From: Bacteroides sp. CAG:709
GTDB lineage: Bacteria > Bacteroidota > Bacteroidia > Bacteroidales > UBA932
NCBI GenBank assembly: GCA_000434935.1
Contig: FR882195.1
Span: forward strand, 32,326-96,325
Direction of reading: 5' to 3'
DNA length: 64,000 bases
The notes under the pieces: generated by a model
What the model was told of the DNA's origin: nothing
What the model saw: only the letters and a program-made list of their open reading frames with translations
Databases searched by the model: none
Program-made: the position numbers and the translations under genes
In this document: positions 19,258 through 28,889 of the stretch, in pieces
Position numbering within the stretch: the first letter of the stretch is position 1
Layout of the letters: each line of letters begins with the position of its first letter

Positions 19258-20715
19258 ATGAAAACAATCAAGCATATATCAGCCTTTCTCCTGTTGGTCC
19301 CGCTTCTGGCATCGTGCCATTTCCTGGAAGTGGAAAAGACGGGCAAGACGTCGATAAAGAATTTCTACTCAGATATTTACGCTTTGGACGCTGCGGTGAA
19401 TGGCGTTTATGGCCTGACATACAAGTTCTATGACAACTATATGGTCCTGTATCCCGAAGTTGCAGGAGACCTGGTCCGTCTTCAGGCGACGACATCGGAA
19501 TGGAGGCCGCAATTCGATTTCATTTCCGACGAGAGCGATGAGACCACCGCGGTGGGGTATATCTGGAAGAACGGATACGAAATCATTGCCAATGCCAACG
19601 AGGTAATCCAATACGGGCCTTCGGTGTCGGACCGTTTCCCTCAGCAGACAGCCAGTGTCCGCAATTATATCGCCCAGGCATACTTTATCAGGGCATTGAT
19701 ACACCTGGACCTGAGCCTTGTCTATGGCCAGACTTATACTTATTCCGCTGACGGGTCACATCTCGGTACGGCTGTGATGACGATGATTCCGGATGTCAAG
19801 TCGAAAATCGCAAGAAGCACGGCGGCAGTCACTTATAAGCGTATACTGGATGACATCCAGACGGCATCGGACATGTTCGCCGACGGGTGGACCAAGGGAT
19901 GTTACTATGCCTCTCCGGCGGCTTGTAAAGCATTGATGGCCAGAGTGTACCTCTATATGGGGAATTATTCCGAAGCCAAGAAATGCGCCTCGGAGGTGAT
20001 AGCGGATTATGACCTGTCATTGACCCCGCGTTCCGACTATGTGGCGATGTTCTGCGCCCGCAAGGAGGGGACTGAAGCGATATTCCGGCTAAACGGCCTT
20101 TCAGGCGGGTACAAGTTGGGAGCAATGTTTGACTACAACAGCCCAAGCATGAATCCTTCATCCAAACTTATGGACATTTTTTCTTCGGATGAACATGCAT
20201 GGGCCGGTACAGATATCCGTTCGGAACTGCTTTCATATAAATCTTCAGGCGGGGATGAATTTTCCGGAGTGTGCATGAAATTTACTGATACTGAGGATAT
20301 TGACGATACGCAGAAACGCTATGACCCGTTTGTGTTGAGACTTTCGGAAATGTATCTCATCAGGGCGGAAGCGGCATGTCATGACGGAGACATTGACGCG
20401 GCCGTGTCGGACATTGCGACGTTGGAAGCCCGCGCGAGGGGAGTGAAGGCTTCTGAAATCAATGTCGTTTATTCCAATGCTGAAGAATTGGACAGGATTA
20501 TCCGGAGAGAGCGGGTCAAGGAACTTTTCCTGGAGGGGCACAGGTTGTTCGATCTGACCAGAAGGCATGAGACGTTGTCCAGGGATGCTGCCTGCGGTTC
20601 ATCGGTATTGTCGATGACATACCCTGACGACCGGTTCATCCTTCCGATTCCGCTTGTGGAACTTGATGCCAACAAAGCGATGCAGCCGAATCCCATCAAT
20701 GGTACACAGCGTTAG
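19258..20715 (+). CDS. SusD/RagB-family nutrient-binding outer-membrane lipoprotein
   Basis: Lipoprotein signal (LLASC), TPR-like SusD architecture, located downstream of SusC. Confidence 0.8.
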   Translation: MKTIKHISAFLLLVPLLASCHFLEVEKTGKTSIKNFYSDIYALDAAVNGVYGLTYKFYDNYMVLYPEVAGDLVRLQATTSEWRPQFDFISDESDETTAVGYIWKNGYEIIANANEVIQYGPSVSDRFPQQTASVRNYIAQAYFIRALIHLDLSLVYGQTYTYSADGSHLGTAVMTMIPDVKSKIARSTAAVTYKRILDDIQTASDMFADGWTKGCYYASPAACKALMARVYLYMGNYSEAKKCASEVIADYDLSLTPRSDYVAMFCARKEGTEAIFRLNGLSGGYKLGAMFDYNSPSMNPSSKLMDIFSSDEHAWAGTDIRSELLSYKSSGGDEFSGVCMKFTDTEDIDDTQKRYDPFVLRLSEMYLIRAEAACHDGDIDAAVSDIATLEARARGVKASEINVVYSNAEELDRIIRRERVKELFLEGHRLFDLTRRHETLSRDAACGSSVLSMTYPDDRFILPIPLVELDANKAMQPNPINGTQR

Positions 20716-20733
20716 CTGATATGATAAAATGAA

Positions 20734-21210
20734 TTGATTATGAGGATATTGAACAAGATAACAGAATTGGCAATGCTGATGTCAATCGCAGTTTCGGCGG
20801 CTTCGTGCAACAAGATTACGCTTTTTGACGAGGCTTTCGTGGCTTTCGATACTGCCAAATCTTCTGTGGTCAGCATTAATGCCACTGGCGAGTTTACAGG
20901 CTCATATACATTGCATTACACGGGGCCTAAGCCGTCAGCGCCGATTGTCGTGAATTTCGTCGTGGCTTGCGGAAATGGATTGGCGGAAGGGGTTGACTAC
21001 AAGGTGGCTACGGCCGGCGGAAAGATTACTTTCATGCCCGGAATTTATGAGCAGGTTATCAAAATCGACTGGATTCCGCATGAGATTGACGAGTCCAAGG
21101 ACAACACGGTTACCATAAGTCTGGTTTCGGCAGATGGCGTCACACTCGGCTATCCCGGTCCTGACAAACTTATGAAAGACCTGGTAATCAGGAAGTATAC
21201 TACGAAGTGA
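20734..21210 (+). CDS. Small lipoprotein with a Calx-beta-like domain
   Basis: Lipobox 'AASC'. 'VVNFVVACGNGLAEGVDYKVATAGGKITFMPGIYEQVIKIDWIPHEIDESKDNTVTISL' resembles Calx-beta. Confidence 0.4.
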   Translation: MIMRILNKITELAMLMSIAVSAASCNKITLFDEAFVAFDTAKSSVVSINATGEFTGSYTLHYTGPKPSAPIVVNFVVACGNGLAEGVDYKVATAGGKITFMPGIYEQVIKIDWIPHEIDESKDNTVTISLVSADGVTLGYPGPDKLMKDLVIRKYTTK

Positions 21211-21237
21211 TTATATTATACGTAAAATTTTAAGCTT

Positions 21238-22773
21238 ATGAGCAAACGAACTTTTTTGGCTGCCCTGGCGAGTGTAGCACTCCTCGCAGCCTGTGACAAG
21301 AGTAAGGAAGATGAGATCGTCTCCGTATCTTTTTCATCTTTTGGCTTCTATGCGAAGGACAATGCAGATGTCCTTAAATCTGACTATATTGAAGAGAGTC
21401 TCAATTCTGATGCCATCAGTTTCACCCTGCCTTACGGTACTGACCCTGAGGCGCTCAAGACTCTCGTACCTGAGTTCACGGTAACCGAAGGGGCTTCTGT
21501 CAATGTTGCTGATGCCAGCGGTGCTCCGGATGGAAAAGACATCGTGAGCGGGTCGACTCCGATTGACTGTTCTTCCGATGTCCAGCTTGTCGTGTTCCTG
21601 AAGAACAACTACAAGGCTTACAAACTTTCGGTAAAGATTGCCGAGCCGGCGAAGTGGAGCAAGGTGGCGGAGACGGCGCTTAATGTCAAATATACTCCTG
21701 CTCTTGCAGTCAATCCTAAAGACGCTGTGCCTTATGTAGCTGGTACTTCTCCAAATGAAAATGGCGAGGCTGCACCACATCTTTTCAAACTGGATGGTAC
21801 TGAACTCAAGGATGTTGCAGGTGCTTTGGCGATTGCCAAGGCTGATGGCGTAAGTCTCAGCTTCGATGCTTCCGGAGTTCCTTACGTGGCTTTTGCCGAT
21901 GGTGCTTTTACCAACAAATATTCTGTCAAGCGCGTGGCAGACGGTAAAGGTACTTATGTAGGTGAGGGAGGCCAGATGTTCGGTACTTCTGCCACTTTTA
22001 ACTCTGTATCAGCAGTTTTCCCTATTTCAGAGAATGATGTCTGGTGTGCTCATTTTAATAACACCAATAAGGTAGCCGTGCCTAGGAGGGGATTGAACCT
22101 TGCGCATTTTGACGGATCTGCTTGGACCAACGGTGTTGCCATTGCCGGCAGGGAGCCGGCTTCTTATGCGAACGGTGTCTTCGGAAGAACTATAAATGGA
22201 GTGCCTTATCTTTATGTATATGGAACAAAGACAAAGTCAGTTCCAAGCCATATTTCTCTCTACAAACTTGACGGCGGGAACTGGACAACAATTTTCGAGA
22301 ATCTTGAAGTGCTTGGCACAGATGGTCAGCCTGTCGGAGGTTACTCCGCTTTCTTCTCAGACTTTGACATTGCATCAGACGGTACTGTTTATCTTTTGTT
22401 CTGCGTTCTTTTCAATGCTGCCGGCGATTATCAGATAGGCGTTGTCAAGTATGATCCGGCTACCGGAAAGCAGGTTATCATAGGTGGAGCAATGACTGAT
22501 ACGACTAACATGAACAGCAGCACCACTGCATCCATGGCATTGGACAGCAATGATGTCCCATACGTCTCCATTTCATATAAAGATGGCGATGTGATGAAGA
22601 CAGCTGTACGTCATATTGACTCCAAGACCAAGACCTGGTCGGAACTTGTAACCCTGGCTTCCAAGTCCGATTTTTCAGACATTGTTTTTGCTGAGGATGG
22701 TACCGGATATATTGTTACAAGGGAGACTATAGGTGAGGATAAGAAGTATGTGCTATATTCGACAGCGAAGTAA
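21238..22773 (+). CDS. Surface lipoprotein with beta-propeller-like repeats (SusCD-associated; unknown function)
   Basis: Lipobox 'LAACD'. Repeated 'G(V/T)PY(V/L).. DG' blades. Confidence 0.4.
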   Translation: MSKRTFLAALASVALLAACDKSKEDEIVSVSFSSFGFYAKDNADVLKSDYIEESLNSDAISFTLPYGTDPEALKTLVPEFTVTEGASVNVADASGAPDGKDIVSGSTPIDCSSDVQLVVFLKNNYKAYKLSVKIAEPAKWSKVAETALNVKYTPALAVNPKDAVPYVAGTSPNENGEAAPHLFKLDGTELKDVAGALAIAKADGVSLSFDASGVPYVAFADGAFTNKYSVKRVADGKGTYVGEGGQMFGTSATFNSVSAVFPISENDVWCAHFNNTNKVAVPRRGLNLAHFDGSAWTNGVAIAGREPASYANGVFGRTINGVPYLYVYGTKTKSVPSHISLYKLDGGNWTTIFENLEVLGTDGQPVGGYSAFFSDFDIASDGTVYLLFCVLFNAAGDYQIGVVKYDPATGKQVIIGGAMTDTTNMNSSTTASMALDSNDVPYVSISYKDGDVMKTAVRHIDSKTKTWSELVTLASKSDFSDIVFAEDGTGYIVTRETIGEDKKYVLYSTAK

Positions 22774-22790
22774 TTGATTTGTAAATTATG

Positions 22791-22830
22791 AACCGGCCAT
22801 GTCTCTGTGGCCGGTTCTTTTCTTTTTCGT
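22791..22830 (+). terminator. Rho-independent terminator (AACCGGCCATGTCTCTGTGGCCGGTT plus a T-tract)
   Basis: Perfect 9-bp stem followed by CTTTTCTTTTTC. Confidence 0.6.
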
Positions 22831-22836
22831 GGGCGT

Positions 22837-24102
22837 ATGGTTGGAGATAAGTCTTTGAAATACATGTTATTGACGCTTGCATTGGCATTGACCTGTACCT
22901 TGGTCGGGAGCGTGCGTCTTTCTGGTGCTGACGGTGGTGGAGACCGGAAGGCCCGCGGGCGAGTCCTGCGTGTGGCGCTGGTCGGTGACCCGCAGGTGGA
23001 CGATTCGACAGAGATGGGTTATGCGCGGCGTTCGGTTTATCGGGAACTGTATGGGCGCCGTGACCTGGACATGTGCATTTTCCTCGGGGATATGGTCAAT
23101 GACAATATGTCGTTGCTCCCTGAATCTGTGGGAGTTGTCGATTCACTGCCATATCAGTGTTTCATGATTCCGGGCAATCATGACCGTGATGTTTACCGTG
23201 GCCCGAAATCGTCTTCATATAGGCCTCGGGACCTTTCCACATGGCGTAAGGTTGTCGGCTATGTGGACACGTCTTTCGTCCGCAGCAATGTCCGTTTTAT
23301 CCTGATGAACAATGTCCGCCATTCGGATTCCGGGATGACTGACTATGTCGGCGGCTTTACCGAGACGCAGAAACATTGGCTTGACTCCGTATTGAATGTG
23401 GGTGCACCTGCATTGACGGTACTTGCGACGCATATTCCTTTCAGTCAGATGAAAGGCCGCGATTCCGTGCTGGCATTGGTCCCGGAGGCTACGCGTATGC
23501 TGTATGTCAGCGGGCATACGCATTATGTATCGCGTGATGAATCCGTTCCGGAACTCATTGTCGGCGCGACTTGCGGAAGTTGGTGGCGCGGTGTCAAGGA
23601 TGGTGACGGAATTCCCTATGCCTTACAGAGTTGCGGCTCTCCGAGAGGGTATTTCATTGCAGATTTCCATCGCGGCGGACGATATGACCTTTCCTATAAA
23701 TGCGTAGGCAGACCGGCTTCGGAACAATTGTCCGCATGGGCAATACCAGTTGGTTCAGACACGTGTTCTTACAGCTTGTGTGTCAATGTCTTCGGCGGCT
23801 CGACCGACGGCATTGTCCGCGTCCGTGTCCCGCGTCGTGGGAGAGGCGTTTGCGGCAAGTCCTACCTTTGCGAACGGAGCAATGCCACCGCGCCGGAGGT
23901 CGAAAAAGTAATCCGGTTCAATGCTTCGCTTTCCCGTGAGTACAGGCGAACCCACCGCACCGAGTTCATCCCTCTGCGCAGGAAGCCGTCCCCGCACATC
24001 TGGAAGACCACCGCAACCTTTTCCGGCCCCGAACCGGCCTATGTCAATGTCATTTACCGCGATGCCCACATGCGCATAAGGCAGCGCGTAAAGGTTCAAT
24101 AA
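22837..24102 (+). CDS. Calcineurin-like metallophosphoesterase (secreted)
   Basis: Motifs 'LVGDPQVDD', 'GNHD' and 'GHTHY'. Start set at the ATG at 22837, right after the terminator. The ORF-track start at 22807 lies inside the terminator hairpin. Confidence 0.65.
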   Translation: MVGDKSLKYMLLTLALALTCTLVGSVRLSGADGGGDRKARGRVLRVALVGDPQVDDSTEMGYARRSVYRELYGRRDLDMCIFLGDMVNDNMSLLPESVGVVDSLPYQCFMIPGNHDRDVYRGPKSSSYRPRDLSTWRKVVGYVDTSFVRSNVRFILMNNVRHSDSGMTDYVGGFTETQKHWLDSVLNVGAPALTVLATHIPFSQMKGRDSVLALVPEATRMLYVSGHTHYVSRDESVPELIVGATCGSWWRGVKDGDGIPYALQSCGSPRGYFIADFHRGGRYDLSYKCVGRPASEQLSAWAIPVGSDTCSYSLCVNVFGGSTDGIVRVRVPRRGRGVCGKSYLCERSNATAPEVEKVIRFNASLSREYRRTHRTEFIPLRRKPSPHIWKTTATFSGPEPAYVNVIYRDAHMRIRQRVKVQ

Positions 24103-27100
24103 ACTTCAATGTTTTCCACCACGGCCTTGCCTTTTTCGATGACAATTCTCAGCTCTGAGGCGTCCGTGGAAGGGAAACTTATTTCGTTCTGTCCTGAAAT
24201 GCAATGCCTGGTGCCGGATACGGTGAGGAATTGACCTCCTCCGTTCGTTATCTGGACATAGATTTCGGCGTCGGAACCGCTGCTCAGCATGAAACGTACG
24301 CCATTGACATTGCCTTTGGCCGGAATCGTCAGGAAATCTCCTTTGCCGAGGCTTGCAGGTCCGGAGAATTTCATGTCGTCCGCCTGTGAAACGGCTACCT
24401 CACTGCCGGCATAGTCCTGAACGTGGAGTTTTGCCTGGAGCCTTATGTCTGTGGATGACGCCGCGGCCATGATTTCGAAATCTCCCGGCTCCACCACATA
24501 GTTCATGTTCCTGTCAAGCATTGCCAGATCCTTTGGAGTCAACTGGAATTTTACGGTCCTGGTCTCTCCCGGTTCAAGGGAAATGCGTTCGAAACCGCGC
24601 AGAACCTTCTCGTAGACCGTTATTGAACTTAGACAATCGTGGACATAAAGCTGCACGACCTCATCTCCGCGGACTTTGCCGGTGTTGGTGACATTGAAAG
24701 AAACCTGCACTGAATCCGTCGGAGTAATTTGATTGGAAGAGAGGCGAAGGTCAGAGTATGCAAAAGTCGTATAAGAGAGTCCGTAGCCGAAATCGTAGAG
24801 TGAACCGTTTACGCGACTTGCCCATCCGCCCTGGCCGAGTTCCTTGCGTCCATCTACTTGAGAAGCAGGCTTGTACGGGAAATTGAACGGAATCTGTCCC
24901 ACGGTTCGCGGGAAGGTTACAGTGAGCTTGCCGCCCGGGTTGTACTCTCCCAGCAGCGCTTTTGCGACCGCGGTCCCGCCATGTGCCCCAGGATACCAGG
25001 CCTCCAAGATGGCATCCGCATATTTGTCAGCATAGTTTATTGACAATGGGCGTCCGTTTATCAGGACCACGACGACCGGCTTGCCTGTCTTTATGATTTC
25101 CTTCAGCAAAAGGTTCTGATGCCCGGGCAGTTCCAGTGACGTGCGGCTTTTGTTTTCTCCGCATGTGCGCGGACCGCCGCCCAGAACGAGCACCGTAACG
25201 TCGGCGCTTTCAGCTGTCTTCACGGCTTCCTCTATCCCGGCCATTTCTTCCGCGGTCGGGTCTTCAGGCAATACTTCAGATTCAGGCCAATTCTTGTCCA
25301 CGAGTTCACAGCCTTTGGCATATACTACATCCGCCTTGCCGTCGAGCTCCGTGCGCAATCCTTCAAGCACCGAAACGGCTTTGGTCCCCAATGGTCCGTA
25401 ATGAAGATGAGCATATCCGGTGTCGTCAGCATTAGGACCGATGACGGCGACGCGTTTGAGTGCTTCTGCGTTGAGAGGCAATGTCTTGCCGTCAGTCCCG
25501 AACGGGGTGTCGGATGAGGCGTTTTTCAGAAGCACAAGAGATTCCAGCGAAGCACGCAGCGCCACTTCATTGTTCTTTGCCCCGTCGACTTCTTCATCAG
25601 CTGCTTCATAGTCAGTCTGATAAGGGGAGTCAAACAGTCCTACGATAAACTTTACGCGCAGGATGTCGCGTACTCTTTCGTCGATGACTGACATCGGAAC
25701 GATGCCTTCTTCTACGAGTTCCCTCAGCGGCAGTACATAGCTGTCCGGGGAACGGAAAGTGCAACGTACATTCAGTCCTGCCATAACGCTCTGGCGCACA
25801 GCTTCTTTCATGTCCGCTGCGACATTGTGCTTCGTATAGAGATACTCCACGGCATCGCTGTCGCTCACGAGGTAGCCCTTGAATCCGAACTCGTCGCGGA
25901 GCCGTTCAGTAAGCCAATAATGGCTGCATTCTATCGGCTCGCCGTCATAGTCGTTGTATGAAACCATTGCACCGAGAAGGCCAGCACGTGAAATGGCCTC
26001 TTTCCATGGATGGATATGTATGTTTTCCACCTCATGAGGCGCCATCTGAGGGTCCACGCGGGACATGCCTTCGCGCGCTCCCTTGTTGTTAGAATAGGCA
26101 GCGAAATGCTTTGCGGTCGATGCTACCTGGAAATCTGTCTGCATTCCGAGTGTCATCTGCACCCCCAGTTCGCCTACGAGATAGGGAGACTCTCCATAAA
26201 CTTCTTCATAGCGGCCCCATCTCTGGTCGCGCCCCACATCGAGAATAGGTGCATAGACATTGGTATAGCCCAGAAGCCTTCCTTCGCGGCCGGTGATTCG
26301 TCCCACTTCATGTATCAATTCCCTGTCCCAGGTGTGTCCAAGGCCGAGTTGGGTAGGGAAGTTCGTAGCACGGTATGCCTCGACGCCCCGTATTCCTTCA
26401 TTGGTGAAATCCACGGGGATGCCCAGGCGGGTGTCTTCGATGAAGAAACGCTGCACCTCGTTCATTGCCGCTGCATGTGTGGATGCCGGCCAGAGATAAG
26501 GCGAATACATCTCGATAGGTCTGCCCCATTGACGGAAACCGTTCAGATGCTCGTCGATCGCGCCCATGCCGTCCTTCCACAGTTTATCCTTCCATTCAGG
26601 AGTCGGAAGCGGGTCGGCAAGCACACGTCCATAGCCGTAAAGCGTCACCATCTGACAGGTTTTCTCCTCAATCGTCATCTTCGAAAGCAAATCCTCCACT
26701 CTCGCGTCAATGTCCGCAGCCGGATCTTCATAAATGTCCTTGACCCCGTTTTTGTTCAGGTCAATCCACCCCTTGTGATATATCTTTTTATCCTTCGGCC
26801 TGAACTTGAATGCCGTGTCCGCGCCGGCGGATTCGGTGGTCGGAAGGATTTTTGCTGCCCAGCCGCCACCAGGCGCCAGGTGTACGGTAATTTGTCTGTT
26901 ATCTGGCACAGCCGCGGTTATATGACTGTAGTCGCGAGCCGCTCTGTCAGCATTGACACCATCCTGGAAAATATCCAATGTCCAGTTGCCTTCTCCGAGA
27001 AAACTGAGGTCAAGCGTCAAGTCGCGTCCGGTCCAGTCTGTCAATGATCCTATATACCAAGTCTTGCCGCTGCGGCGGGCCAAGGTTATATACTTGCCGA

Positions 27101-28856
27101 TTTCTCCGTTTATGCCGATGCTTTCATCCCATACGGTAGGTATGGAACTTATGAATTCCGTGCACTCCTTCTCGCGCATGTAGTTTGAAGGAGAGTCGCA
27201 GAGCATGTTCAACGGAGCATCGAAAATGACATATTCCGCCAATTGACGGCATCGTGTGCCTTGACTCATGGCTTCGTCATTTACCGGACGATAATTTGCA
27301 CGGGTAGCATTTCTCATTGCACCCTGCGTGTAGTCCATCGGGCCTGCCGCCATGCGGATGAACGGCGCGGTGACATCGTAAGTGACCTGATCCACAGATG
27401 GACTGCTCCATTTCATTTGCTCCAGACCATGTACCCCTTCGTAATTTACGACATTCGGCCATCTGCGGTTCAGTCCTGTCGGTTTGTAAGTCCCGTGGAA
27501 ATCGATCAAAAGACCATACCTGGCCGTCATTTCCGCAGCTCTGGAGTGGAAGTCCACGATAATCTGGTCATCTCTGTCCATATAATCGACCTTGAAGCCC
27601 TTGACCCCCATCTCTGCATAGTGCCTGCAGATATTCTCCATATCCCGGTCAAATGCCCAATAACCGGCCCACAGGATGATGCCGACCCCTTTCTCCTGTC
27701 CGTACTTGACAAGTCCGGGCATGTCTATTTCAGGAATTACCTGAAGCAGATCGGCTTTTTTCCTTACAGCCCAGCCATGGTCAAGAATCACATATTCAAT
27801 TTTGTGGGCTGCTGCGAAATCAATGTAGTATTTGTAGGTTTCAGTGTTTATTCCTGCTTGGAAGTCCACCCCATAGAGATTCCACCCGTTCCACCAGTCC
27901 CATGCCACTTTCCCGGGCTTGACCCATGAAAAATCCATTCCCGGTTCCTGTGCCGGTGAAAGTTTCCACACCAGGTCATTTACAGCAAGTTGCGCATCGT
28001 CGGTACTGATTATGAATGCTCTCCAAGGGAAGACCTCGTCTCCGGAAACTTTGGCTATGAAATCCTCCCGTTCGGTAACGATTCCATGGAGAAGATGCTT
28101 TCCTCCTTGCTCTACGACCTTGGGATAAGTGGCGAAGACCCCCTTTAATTTGGTACTTCCTTCATCTCCAAGCAGATACATTCCCGGATAATTCGTGAGG
28201 TTCGCGTCAGTGACGAGGACTTTCACTCCATTGTCCGCTTCGACAGCAAGAGGCAGAAACGCCAGCTTGTCCTTTCTCCATCCGGAAATGTTCTGAACGG
28301 TATAGGTGTTTTCAAATGAACTGTAGAATTGACCGTCAAACTGCTTGCCGCCGAGACCGATAACGTATGGGACAAATGCTTTACGATCTGTGCCGAAATC
28401 AAATTCCGCCTGCTCGGAGATTACCTTGTACTCCTTTTTCTTGTCCAGATTGCTTTCAAACCTGTATGCAGCGCCATCATCATAAGCTCGGAAAACAAGT
28501 GAGAACTCATTGAACTGCAATCTGATCTGATTATAGTTGTCCCGGACCTCCGCCTTTTTGTATGCTGTTGCCGGGCATGTCTCGTCATAACTTGAGCGAT
28601 TTACCTTGCCGAGTCTGTCATTCTCGCCGAAAACAATGCCGTCTGAAAGATTCATTGATATGGCAGATGGCGCGATCAGAACTTTTCCGTCTCGGGAGAT
28701 TGAATATTTGATATCGTTGCCGACGGCGACATTTACGGTAATGTGTCCGTCAGGGGAAGTCAGACTGTAATCGCCGCTATTGGCAGACAGTGAAGTTCCC
28801 GAGAGAAGGACTGTCATGCAGCACAGTGCAGTTTGGATGATGTTATGGAATTTCAT
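24096..28856 (-). CDS. 1586-aa fusion glycoside hydrolase: N-terminal GH97-like domain followed by a GH3 beta-glycosidase module and C-terminal beta-sandwich domains
   Basis: N-terminal 'YIDFAAAHKIEYVILDHGW' is GH97-like. The central 'MTIEEKTCQM' and 'KHFAAYSNNKGAREG' are GH3 features. Single uninterrupted ORF with a signal peptide. Confidence 0.65.
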   Translation of the reverse strand: MKFHNIIQTALCCMTVLLSGTSLSANSGDYSLTSPDGHITVNVAVGNDIKYSISRDGKVLIAPSAISMNLSDGIVFGENDRLGKVNRSSYDETCPATAYKKAEVRDNYNQIRLQFNEFSLVFRAYDDGAAYRFESNLDKKKEYKVISEQAEFDFGTDRKAFVPYVIGLGGKQFDGQFYSSFENTYTVQNISGWRKDKLAFLPLAVEADNGVKVLVTDANLTNYPGMYLLGDEGSTKLKGVFATYPKVVEQGGKHLLHGIVTEREDFIAKVSGDEVFPWRAFIISTDDAQLAVNDLVWKLSPAQEPGMDFSWVKPGKVAWDWWNGWNLYGVDFQAGINTETYKYYIDFAAAHKIEYVILDHGWAVRKKADLLQVIPEIDMPGLVKYGQEKGVGIILWAGYWAFDRDMENICRHYAEMGVKGFKVDYMDRDDQIIVDFHSRAAEMTARYGLLIDFHGTYKPTGLNRRWPNVVNYEGVHGLEQMKWSSPSVDQVTYDVTAPFIRMAAGPMDYTQGAMRNATRANYRPVNDEAMSQGTRCRQLAEYVIFDAPLNMLCDSPSNYMREKECTEFISSIPTVWDESIGINGEIGKYITLARRSGKTWYIGSLTDWTGRDLTLDLSFLGEGNWTLDIFQDGVNADRAARDYSHITAAVPDNRQITVHLAPGGGWAAKILPTTESAGADTAFKFRPKDKKIYHKGWIDLNKNGVKDIYEDPAADIDARVEDLLSKMTIEEKTCQMVTLYGYGRVLADPLPTPEWKDKLWKDGMGAIDEHLNGFRQWGRPIEMYSPYLWPASTHAAAMNEVQRFFIEDTRLGIPVDFTNEGIRGVEAYRATNFPTQLGLGHTWDRELIHEVGRITGREGRLLGYTNVYAPILDVGRDQRWGRYEEVYGESPYLVGELGVQMTLGMQTDFQVASTAKHFAAYSNNKGAREGMSRVDPQMAPHEVENIHIHPWKEAISRAGLLGAMVSYNDYDGEPIECSHYWLTERLRDEFGFKGYLVSDSDAVEYLYTKHNVAADMKEAVRQSVMAGLNVRCTFRSPDSYVLPLRELVEEGIVPMSVIDERVRDILRVKFIVGLFDSPYQTDYEAADEEVDGAKNNEVALRASLESLVLLKNASSDTPFGTDGKTLPLNAEALKRVAVIGPNADDTGYAHLHYGPLGTKAVSVLEGLRTELDGKADVVYAKGCELVDKNWPESEVLPEDPTAEEMAGIEEAVKTAESADVTVLVLGGGPRTCGENKSRTSLELPGHQNLLLKEIIKTGKPVVVVLINGRPLSINYADKYADAILEAWYPGAHGGTAVAKALLGEYNPGGKLTVTFPRTVGQIPFNFPYKPASQVDGRKELGQGGWASRVNGSLYDFGYGLSYTTFAYSDLRLSSNQITPTDSVQVSFNVTNTGKVRGDEVVQLYVHDCLSSITVYEKVLRGFERISLEPGETRTVKFQLTPKDLAMLDRNMNYVVEPGDFEIMAAASSTDIRLQAKLHVQDYAGSEVAVSQADDMKFSGPASLGKGDFLTIPAKGNVNGVRFMLSSGSDAEIYVQITNGGGQFLTVSGTRHCISGQNEISFPSTDASELRIVIEKGKAVVENIEVY

Positions 28857-28889
28857 CGTATGGTGTGTCTAAAAGATTTCAGGAGGGTG

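Noticed and set aside
26010-27047. 345-aa plus-strand ORF inside the GH97-GH3 gene
   Set aside because: This is an antisense shadow ORF within a strongly supported 1586-aa coding region. The composition is His/Arg/Cys-rich with no recognisable motifs.
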